Shown here piece after piece: positions 7,964-14,965 of a DNA stretch of 64,000 nucleotides. Position numbers and translations under genes: made by a program. Source of the DNA: Candidatus Kuenenia stuttgartensis (GTDB taxonomy: Bacteria > Planctomycetota > JAKEIC01 > DYIT01); contig DYIT01000004.1 of the NCBI GenBank assembly GCA_020723505.1, forward strand, positions 14,560 to 78,559. The letters run 5' to 3'. Position 1 is the stretch's first letter; each line of letters starts with the position of its first letter. Below the pieces are notes generated by a model. It had not been told where the DNA came from. It searched no databases and worked only from the letters and a program-made list of their open reading frames with translations.

Positions 7964-7971
7964 TGTATAAT
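7964..7971 (+). promoter_or_regulatory. Extended -10 element TGTATAAT upstream of the 8030 gene
   Basis: Exact TGTATAAT 59 nt upstream of ATG 8030, in the 105-nt gap after the previous stop. The same octamer occurs at 12865 (+) and 60053 (-) in equivalent positions. Confidence 0.4.
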
Positions 7972-8029
7972 GAGGGACTGCGGATCGGTTTCAACGCCGT
8001 CCGCACGGTTTTCCGGAAGGAGGATTGAC

Positions 8030-9082
8030 ATGAAGGAACTGCTGCTGGCCGCGTCATTCGCGGCATTGTCGGCGTTCTGCGCGTCCGCGTTAGCCGCCGA
8101 ATCCGATTGCCCGGCCCCGGGGCCCGCGCCCCAGGCGAAGGGCGATCCGGCGGAAATCCACAGGCTGAAGGTCGAGATAAACGCCCTGAACCTCATAAAC
8201 GGCCTGCACCTGTCCGCGGCCCAGGTCCAGGCGCTGCTCGACGGCGCAAGGGAGGTCAAGGCGCTCAAGGAAAGGCATTTCCCGGAGAAGGAAAACGACC
8301 GGGAGGCGCCTTCGAACGCCGCGGAGCTGTGCATGCTTCTGGAAAAGGTCAAGGCCTGCTATGAAAAGGGCGAGGAGCCGCCGGCGGAGCTCCTGGCCGA
8401 GCTCAGGGAGAAATCGGGCAGGGGGAGGAAGCCGGCGGGAGACAGGCCGGATCCCGCGGAGTACGGCCGCAGAATCAGGGAAATCGAGGCGAAAGTCTGC
8501 GCCCTGCTCTCCGAATCGCAGAAGGAGGTCATCGCGGATTTCAAGCCGTGCCTCGTGCCTCCGAAGAACTTGAGGGACCCCGTGAGGGTCGGCCAGGCGA
8601 AATCCAGCGAAATCCAGGAAACGTTCCTGGAACACACGAGGAGAATTCCGGCGGACCGCTGGGCGAAACTGGGCAGGTTGATTGTGGAAAAAGCGCTCTC
8701 GAAATGGGAGGAGAAGAACGGGGCCATACCGGAGAAGAAGCGCGCGGAGGAGATGGAAAAGGCCATGGCGGTCATAGAGAAGGCCCGGGCCCTTTCGGAC
8801 GTGGATTTCCAGATTGAGAAGACCCCCCTTGCCGAGAAGATAACATTCATCGACAGGAAAGAGGTCGTCATGAAGGAGCTCGAGGGGCTCATTACGAGAC
8901 GAATCGCCCCTGCGGGCAAGGTGGCCAACGTGCTCCTCGACCCGAGAATCATCCCGGTGCTCGAACGCAGGCTCGAGCTCGCTAAGAAGGCCGAGAAGGA
9001 CCCCGCGGTGGACCTCGATGGAATCGAGGGCGCGGATTCGTGCAAGGGCGGGAAATGCGGAACGCCGGTGAAGAAGGACTAG
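8030..9082 (+). CDS. Secreted alpha-helical protein, paralogue of 6932..7924 (LSxxQ/LTxxQ-like motifs)
   Basis: Start at MKELLLAASFAALSAFCASALA, preceded by GGAAGGAGG. LSAAQVQALL and LSESQKEVIADF motifs. The C-terminal LLDPRIIPVLERRLEL parallels LLNDRLIPVLEGKLGM in the upstream protein. Confidence 0.7.
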   Translation: MKELLLAASFAALSAFCASALAAESDCPAPGPAPQAKGDPAEIHRLKVEINALNLINGLHLSAAQVQALLDGAREVKALKERHFPEKENDREAPSNAAELCMLLEKVKACYEKGEEPPAELLAELREKSGRGRKPAGDRPDPAEYGRRIREIEAKVCALLSESQKEVIADFKPCLVPPKNLRDPVRVGQAKSSEIQETFLEHTRRIPADRWAKLGRLIVEKALSKWEEKNGAIPEKKRAEEMEKAMAVIEKARALSDVDFQIEKTPLAEKITFIDRKEVVMKELEGLITRRIAPAGKVANVLLDPRIIPVLERRLELAKKAEKDPAVDLDGIEGADSCKGGKCGTPVKKD

Positions 9083-10299
9083 GCAGCGAGGCGGGCGCAT
9101 GCGGCGGCTGCGGGGCGGCATGGAAGCCGCTTGGCAGGCGCGGGTTCCTGAAAAGGCTCGCCGCGCTCGCGGCAGGGGCCGCAGCTTCGCCGGCCATATC
9201 CGCGCTCATGGGTTTCGCAAGGAGCGCGTCCGCCTCCCCGGCCGGCTGGCTGGAGGTGGAGTTCTACGAGAAGCTCAAGAACAACGAAATCCTCTGCCAC
9301 GTCTGCCCCTTCGACTGCCACCTCTTCGACCAGGAGATGTGCCGCTGCCGCACGCGCACGAACCTGGGCGGAAAACTCCTCACCCCCGCCTGGAACAACC
9401 CGTGCATCATACGCAGGGATCCGATTGAGAAAATGCCGCTGAACCACTTCCTCCCGGGCGAAGAGCAGGTCTCGCTCGCGGTCGGGGGCTGCATGCTCAG
9501 GTGCCTTTACTGCCAGAACTGGCAGCAGTCCCAGAGCATGCCCCAGAACTTGAAGAACTTCGCATGCACGCCGGAGGACGCGGTTTCGGGCGTGCTCAAG
9601 CAGACCCCGGAAGACGGCGCCAAGAAGTGCAGGACCATCGGTTTCACGTACACCGAACCCATAGCATGGCTCGAATACGCCAAGGCCGTGGGCCTTCACG
9701 CGAAATCCAGGAACGTGAGGGTCGCCATGGCGACCTCCATGTTCTTCAAGGAAAAGGCGCTCAGGGACGCCTGCAAGTACGTGACCGCCTTCGCGGCCGC
9801 CCTCAAGGGGTGGGGGGAGCTCTTCTACAACAAGGTCATCGGCACGCGCGACCCCAAGGAGGAGCGCGGCGATTTCAAGGCTGTCCTCAAGGCTCTCGAG
9901 GTTGTGAAGGAAGAGGGAGTGTGGATGGAAATCACGAACCTCGTGGTGCCCACGTACAACGACGACATGGCCGGGGTGAAGGAGATGTGCGGATGGATTG
10001 CGAAGAACCTCGGGACGTCCGTGCCCCTGCACTTCGGCAGGTTCGTGCCTGAATTCAAGCTAAAGAACCTGCCCAGGACGCCCGTGGAAACGCTGGACGA
10101 AGCGAGGAAAATCGCCCTGGATGCGGGAATAAAGTACGTCTATACCTCGAACATCGCCCCCCACACCGGCAACAACACCTACTGCCCCAAATGCGGCGAG
10201 AAGATTATCTCGAGGCTGGGTTTCAAAATACTCTCTAACGGTCTCCGGGACGGCGCATGCCCGAAATGCGGGGAAAAGGTGCCGGGCGTGTGGTCGTGA
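9040..10299 (+). CDS. Radical SAM enzyme of the AmmeMemoRadiSam / PflA-like type carrying an N-terminal twin-arginine (Tat) signal
   Basis: CxxxCxxC cluster GGCMLRCLYCQNW. The N-terminal Cys-rich block LCHVCPFDCHLF..CRCRTR and the C-terminal CPKCG...CPKCG are typical of the family. Tat motif GRRGFLKRLAALAAGAAASPAISALMGFARSASA. The start is GTG 9040 or ATG 9055, both overlapping the end of the upstream gene. Confidence 0.8.
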   Translation: MQGREMRNAGEEGLGSEAGACGGCGAAWKPLGRRGFLKRLAALAAGAAASPAISALMGFARSASASPAGWLEVEFYEKLKNNEILCHVCPFDCHLFDQEMCRCRTRTNLGGKLLTPAWNNPCIIRRDPIEKMPLNHFLPGEEQVSLAVGGCMLRCLYCQNWQQSQSMPQNLKNFACTPEDAVSGVLKQTPEDGAKKCRTIGFTYTEPIAWLEYAKAVGLHAKSRNVRVAMATSMFFKEKALRDACKYVTAFAAALKGWGELFYNKVIGTRDPKEERGDFKAVLKALEVVKEEGVWMEITNLVVPTYNDDMAGVKEMCGWIAKNLGTSVPLHFGRFVPEFKLKNLPRTPVETLDEARKIALDAGIKYVYTSNIAPHTGNNTYCPKCGEKIISRLGFKILSNGLRDGACPKCGEKVPGVWS

Positions 10300-12743
10300 G
10301 CGGGGAACACGGAGCCCGCCCCGGCCCGTGCGGACCTGCGGCCGGGCCGGTCCTGGCCCTTGCCGCGGGTGCGGCCGGTTTCGAAGCCCAGGTCCTCCAG
10401 CTCGTTCTCATGCGCGAGCTCCTCACCTTCTTCTCCGGGCTTGAGATCGTAATCGGCGCGACGCTCAGCGTCTGGATGGCGTTCACAGCCGCCGGCGCGT
10501 TTGCCGCGGGCAGGATTCCCGCCCGGAACCCGGCCGCCAGGCTCGTGATTGCCCTTTCGGCGGCCGGCGTCTGGACCGCCGTGGCGCTCGCGGCAATCCG
10601 CGTAAGCCGCGGCCTCCTCGGCATCGAGTCAGGCGAGGAGCCGTCGCTGCCCGCGTCGGTCCTGCTCTCCATGATTGCTGCAGGCCCGTCCGCGGCGTTT
10701 CTCGGCGCGGCTTTTCCCGCGGCAGCCGCGCTCCTGTCCGGATTGGGCAGATTCGCCCCGGGCAGGGCTTTCCTGTACGAGGCCGCCGGAGGGGCGTTTG
10801 CAGGAGCGGTTTTCACGTTCGTCATGGCCCATCTCCTGAATCCGTTCCAGTCGGCCTTCCTGGCCTCGGGCCTTGCGCTGACGGCAGCCGCAGCCGCCGC
10901 GGGCCGCTCGTTCAGGCTCGGAGGCGCGGCCGCCGCGCTGTTCGGCTTCCTTCTGGCAGTCGCCGGCCCCCTGGACCGTGCCACGGAAAAGGCGCGCTGG
11001 CGCGACTGGAACGAGGGGTACTCCATGGAGGAGACCGCGGACTCGAAGTACGGCAGGATTTCAGTGCTCCGGTATCGGGACCAGACAAGCTTCTTCGAAT
11101 CGGGCCATCTCGCGTTCTCCATCCCGGACATGGAGTCCGGAGCGGAACTGGCGGGCATGGTGATGGTCCAGCACAGGAAGCCCGGATGCGTGCTCGCAAT
11201 CGGGGGGGGAATCTCGGGTCTCGCGCGTGAAATCCTCAGGTTCCCGGTCGAGTCCCTGGACGTAGTCGAGCTGGACCCGAAGCTCGTGGAACTCGCGATG
11301 CGGCGCCTCCCGGCCGAAGAACGGGGAATCTTCTACAAGCCGGGCGTGCGCATGCACTACGCGGACGGCAGGCTGTTCGTGAAGCGGAGCGACCCTGAAT
11401 CCTTCGACCTCGTGCTGATCTGCCTGCCTGATCCGTCCACCGCGTCGCTGAACAGGTTCTACACCAGGGAGTTCTTCGAGGAGGTCGGACTGGCCCTCCG
11501 GCCCGGCGGCGTGTGCGCGTTCACGCTCTCATCGGCGGAGAACTACCTCGGGTCCGAGCTTCTCCTGCGGAACGGGACCGAATACCACACGTTCCTGTCG
11601 GTTTTCCCGCACGTGCGGGTGGTGCCGGGCGACCCGGCGATATTCCTGGGATCGCGGGATCCGTCGTACCTGAGCCTGGACCCGGACGTGCTCGCAGACA
11701 GGCTCCTCGAGAGGAGGCCGGAGCTGGCCGGAGAAGGCGGGGAAGGCAGGCACGGCTGGTTCAGCCCGCACCATTACCACATGAGGCTCGGCTCCGGCGA
11801 CCCCGCCGAAGTCAACAGGCAGCTCCGGACCTGGCCTGCGCCGGGGTCCGCAGGCGAACCGGAAGGAGGCGGCCCGAGACCACTGCCGTCCTTCCTTTCG
11901 GGCGGCCGGGACGGGAAGGACCCATGGGACGAGGACGTCCCGGAGGCGGAGAGGACGCTCAATTCCGACCAGAGGCCGGGCGCCTCGCTTGCGACCCTGC
12001 TCGTATGGGCCCGGAAGATGGGGCATCCGCTGCTCGCGGACGCGCTCCGCGGGCTGTCGTCCCTGCCGGTGGCGTTCCTCGCCCTCCCGGGACTGCTCCT
12101 CCTGGTTCCCGCCCTGGCGCTCCGCGCCGCCGGAAGGCCGGGGGGCGCGGCCGGATGGTCGGCTGCCTCGGCCGTGTTCGCCGTGGGGCTCGCGGAGATG
12201 GTCTTCGAGCTCTCGGTGCTGTACTCGTTCCAGGGATACTACGGGTACGTCTACGGCGAGATGGGGTTCCTGTTCGCGGTCTTCATGGCCGGTCTGGCGT
12301 CGGGATCATGGGTTTCCGGCAGGTGGTTCGCAGAGAGGGGGAGGCCGGCGTTCGTTCCGGCGCTGCTCCTCTGCTGCATCGCCGGATCCGTCTGCCTGCC
12401 CTGGGCCCTGGCAGCCGCCGGATCGGCCGGGAGCCCCGCGATAGTGCTCTCGATTTTTTCCCTGCTCACGTTCCTCTCGGGCCTGCCGGTCGGGCTCCTG
12501 TTCCCCCATGCCTCGGCCTCGGGTGAAGGGGGCCTCGGCAGGGCCTCCTCGCTGTACGCGGCGGATCTCGCTGGCGGCATCGCCGGGGCGCTGGCCGCCG
12601 CGCCGCTTCTGATTCCCTGCGCAGGGCTCTCCGCCACGCTGCGGGTTTTCGTCCCGGCGATCCTGGCGGCGGCGCTGATTGCGCACCTGGCATCGGCATG
12701 CCGGACGCCTGGACGAGAGATTCAACCACCCCCGCCCCTGTAG
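10257..12743 (+). CDS. Polytopic membrane protein fused to a spermidine synthase-like (aminopropyltransferase-fold) domain
   Basis: Central VLAIGGGISGLAREILRFP.ESLDVVELDPKLVELA...ADGRLFV...FDLVLICLPDPSTASLNRFYTREFF matches the SpeE fold. Hydrophobic multi-helix regions lie on both sides. The alternative GTG start at 10296 gives a GTGA overlap with the radical SAM stop. Confidence 0.75.
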   Translation: MPEMRGKGAGRVVVSGEHGARPGPCGPAAGPVLALAAGAAGFEAQVLQLVLMRELLTFFSGLEIVIGATLSVWMAFTAAGAFAAGRIPARNPAARLVIALSAAGVWTAVALAAIRVSRGLLGIESGEEPSLPASVLLSMIAAGPSAAFLGAAFPAAAALLSGLGRFAPGRAFLYEAAGGAFAGAVFTFVMAHLLNPFQSAFLASGLALTAAAAAAGRSFRLGGAAAALFGFLLAVAGPLDRATEKARWRDWNEGYSMEETADSKYGRISVLRYRDQTSFFESGHLAFSIPDMESGAELAGMVMVQHRKPGCVLAIGGGISGLAREILRFPVESLDVVELDPKLVELAMRRLPAEERGIFYKPGVRMHYADGRLFVKRSDPESFDLVLICLPDPSTASLNRFYTREFFEEVGLALRPGGVCAFTLSSAENYLGSELLLRNGTEYHTFLSVFPHVRVVPGDPAIFLGSRDPSYLSLDPDVLADRLLERRPELAGEGGEGRHGWFSPHHYHMRLGSGDPAEVNRQLRTWPAPGSAGEPEGGGPRPLPSFLSGGRDGKDPWDEDVPEAERTLNSDQRPGASLATLLVWARKMGHPLLADALRGLSSLPVAFLALPGLLLLVPALALRAAGRPGGAAGWSAASAVFAVGLAEMVFELSVLYSFQGYYGYVYGEMGFLFAVFMAGLASGSWVSGRWFAERGRPAFVPALLLCCIAGSVCLPWALAAAGSAGSPAIVLSIFSLLTFLSGLPVGLLFPHASASGEGGLGRASSLYAADLAGGIAGALAAAPLLIPCAGLSATLRVFVPAILAAALIAHLASACRTPGREIQPPPPL

Positions 12744-12864
12744 CCACGGCGCTCCGCTGTAGCCACGGCACTCCGCTGCCGTGGTCGCCCCGGCCCGCCT
12801 TCGCTTCGTATTCAAATGGAGTTCTATCCTGCGAACGCCCGGATGGAAGGAGCTGCCGCGTCGC

Positions 12865-12872
12865 TGTATAAT
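12865..12872 (+). promoter_or_regulatory. Extended -10 element TGTATAAT upstream of corA
   Basis: Exact TGTATAAT 57 nt upstream of ATG 12929. A GGAGG Shine-Dalgarno lies at 12917-12921. There is no good -35. Confidence 0.45.
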
Positions 12873-12928
12873 CCCCTGGCTTGAATCCCTGCCTGGTTCC
12901 GGCTCGTCCGGGTTATGGAGGCTTTCCC

Positions 12929-14008
12929 ATGGATTGGGAGGAGATATTCTCGAGGCGGCCGCCGCCGGGCACGCCGCCCGGCACAATCAGGTTCAACCCT
13001 GCGGCGCCGGAATCGTCGGTCAGCGTCGTGTCCTACGGCCCCTCGGAAATCGAGGAGAGGAGGATTGCAGCGGAGGACGAGGTCCGTCCCTTCCTCGGGA
13101 GAAGACCCGTCACATGGGTCAACGTCGAGGGGCTGGGAAGCAGGCAGATTATAACCGGCCTGATGGAAGCATTCAGGATACACGGCCTCGCGATGGAGGA
13201 CGTGCTCGACTTGAGCCAGCGCACGAAGGTAGAGCACTACAAGGAATACGTCTTTTTCATAGCGGATTTCGTTTCGGCCGGGGGCGGGATTGCGATTGAG
13301 CAGTTCAGCATGTTTCTCGGAAAGGATTTCGTTCTCACGTTCCTCGAGAAGCCGGGGAAATGGCTCGAACCGGTACTGGAGCGCGTGAGGCAGGGCAAGG
13401 GATCCCTTCGTTCCGCCGGGCCCGACCACCTCGCCTACGCCCTGCTCGACGCCCTCGTGGACAACTACTACCCGGTGCTCGAATCATGCAGCGAGAAGCT
13501 GGACGAAATCGAGGAGGAGCTCCTGGGCGGCTGCGGGAAGGGAACGCTCGGAAGGATGCACAGGATAAAACAGGACCTGAGGACGCTCCGGAGGACGGCG
13601 TGGCCCATGAGGGAAGCCCTGAACACGCTCCTTCGCGACTCGTCGCCGCTCATTTCCGAGGATACCCGCCTTTACCTCAGGGACTGCGCCGATCACGCGG
13701 TGCAGATTATTGATCTGGTCGAGCTCTACAGGGAACTCACGGCCGACCTCGTTGACCTGCACTACTCAAACATATCGAACCGGACGAACGACGTGATGAA
13801 GGTGCTCACGATAATCGCGACCATCTTCATCCCATTGAGCTTCGTCGCGGGAGTCTACGGGATGAATTTCAACACCGAGGCTTCCTGCCTCAACATGCCC
13901 GAGCTCAACTGGGCTTTCGGCTATCCCTTCGCGCTCGGCATAATGGCCTCGATCGCGCTCACGCTGCTGGCATTCTTCTGGCGAAGGGGCTGGATTGGCA
14001 AATCCTGA
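12929..14008 (+). CDS. corA: CorA-family magnesium/cobalt transporter
   Basis: Signature YGMNF before two C-terminal TM helices (VYGMNFNTE...GYPFALGIMASIALTLLAFFW). Start at MDWEEIF is chosen because the upstream ATG 12881 sits only ~10 nt from the -10 element. Confidence 0.85.
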   Translation: MDWEEIFSRRPPPGTPPGTIRFNPAAPESSVSVVSYGPSEIEERRIAAEDEVRPFLGRRPVTWVNVEGLGSRQIITGLMEAFRIHGLAMEDVLDLSQRTKVEHYKEYVFFIADFVSAGGGIAIEQFSMFLGKDFVLTFLEKPGKWLEPVLERVRQGKGSLRSAGPDHLAYALLDALVDNYYPVLESCSEKLDEIEEELLGGCGKGTLGRMHRIKQDLRTLRRTAWPMREALNTLLRDSSPLISEDTRLYLRDCADHAVQIIDLVELYRELTADLVDLHYSNISNRTNDVMKVLTIIATIFIPLSFVAGVYGMNFNTEASCLNMPELNWAFGYPFALGIMASIALTLLAFFWRRGWIGKS

Positions 14009-14054
14009 ATTTTCGCGGCAGTTCAATAAATGCTTGCGAAGATTCAGGACGATG

Positions 14055-14081
14055 TTTTTCACCCGCCTTGCGGGTGAAAAA
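14055..14081. terminator. Bidirectional intrinsic terminator between the convergent corA and rimK-like genes
   Basis: TTTTT-CACCCGC-CTT-GCGGGTG-AAAAA. A 7-bp GC stem flanked by a T5 run and an A5 run. It overlaps the last codons of the rimK-like ORF. Confidence 0.6.
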
Positions 14082-14916
14082 TGGAGAGCCCGAGCTCGGC
14101 GATTTGCTCGGCCAGGCGGACGCCCGTCGCCGCCTCGATTCCCTTGAGCCCGGGGGAGGCGTTCACTTCGAGGAGATACAGGGTTCCGCGGTGTTCCAGG
14201 AAATCCACTCCCGCGACGGAGAGGTCGAGCATGCGGGCGACGGCCTCGGCCGGGGCAGCCCATGGCCCGCCGGCAGGAAGAGCCTCGGCTCCCGCTCCTC
14301 GGTGTATGTTTGCCCGGAAATCGCCTTTCGCGGGCTTCCTGGACATGGCGGCGGCCGACTTGCCGCCGATTACGAAGACCCTGACGTCCTTGCCGCCCTC
14401 GAGGTACGGCTGCACGAGCGCGTCCTCTCCGAACGCCGAAAGAGCGGAAACGTAGGCTGCGGCGGATGCCCGGTCATGCACCACCGCTGCGCCTATACCC
14501 TGGGTACCGACGTCGGGCTTGATTACGACGGGGAAACCGAAACGCTCCGCCTCGCGAGCGGTCGATTTCCCGCCAGAGGCGAGCGCCGATGGAACGGGGA
14601 CCACGCCCGCGGGCAGCGGGCCCAGCAGCACGGATGACTTCCTCCTGCACTTCCTGACGCCTTTCGGGTCCTGCATGCTCGCGCATCCCCGCGCGACGAG
14701 CGCCTCGAGGAAGGCGAAGGATCTGGCAAAGAACCTGCTCCCCAGACGGGGGACCAGGAGGTCGAAAGGCGGAGGCCCCGCTTCGATGCCCTGCAGGAGC
14801 GGTTCCCTCGCGGGGTCGATGACCGTCACCGCCGAGCCGAGGGCCTCGAAGGCCGCCTTGAGCCTAGACGTCGAATGAAAGGATTCATCGCTGGAAAGTA
14901 TTGCTGTTCCGGGCAT
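14059..14916 (-). CDS. RimK-family ATP-grasp ligase (alpha-L-glutamate ligase-like)
   Basis: ATP-grasp blocks FPVVIKPDVGTQGIG, VQPYLEGGKDVRVFVIGG, GDFRANIHRGA and DFLE..GTLYLLEVNASPGLKGIE. Start taken at MPGTAILSS (family-typical N-terminus). The ORF extends to ATG 14961, 4 nt from the upstream stop. Confidence 0.75.
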   Translation of the reverse strand: MPGTAILSSDESFHSTSRLKAAFEALGSAVTVIDPAREPLLQGIEAGPPPFDLLVPRLGSRFFARSFAFLEALVARGCASMQDPKGVRKCRRKSSVLLGPLPAGVVPVPSALASGGKSTAREAERFGFPVVIKPDVGTQGIGAAVVHDRASAAAYVSALSAFGEDALVQPYLEGGKDVRVFVIGGKSAAAMSRKPAKGDFRANIHRGAGAEALPAGGPWAAPAEAVARMLDLSVAGVDFLEHRGTLYLLEVNASPGLKGIEAATGVRLAEQIAELGLSIFHPQGG

Positions 14917-14965
14917 GGCAGAATCGCGTCTCCTCCACGTTTCCTTCCGAACCCCGGACATGACA

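Noticed and set aside
7133-11158. Long antisense ORFs over the LTxxQ-like genes, the radical SAM gene and the SpeE-like gene: 7133..7927(-), 7228..8352(-), 8090..9121(-), 9079..10032(-) and 10235..11158(-)
   Set aside because: Same reasoning. The sense-strand genes have signal peptides or catalytic motifs, whereas the antisense products are low-complexity.
12741-12784. 19-bp tandem duplication TAGCCACGGCRCTCCGCTG x2 right after the SpeE-like stop
   Set aside because: It is real, but it is best explained as a small duplication forming a 7-bp stem (CCACGGC/GCCGTGG) at the gene end. It is too short for further interpretation.
12744-12928. Mg2+ (M-box) riboswitch upstream of corA
   Set aside because: The extended -10 at 12865 leaves a leader of only ~50 nt, far too short for an M-box. 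No conserved M-box helices were seen.
14917-14965. tRNA gene or att site at the island boundaries (also 26630-26852 and 27258-27372)
   Set aside because: No cloverleaf-compatible sequence (no GTTC-type T-arm, no acceptor pairing) was found at either boundary. The only boundary repeat is the ~150-bp gene-tail duplication, which is reported separately.
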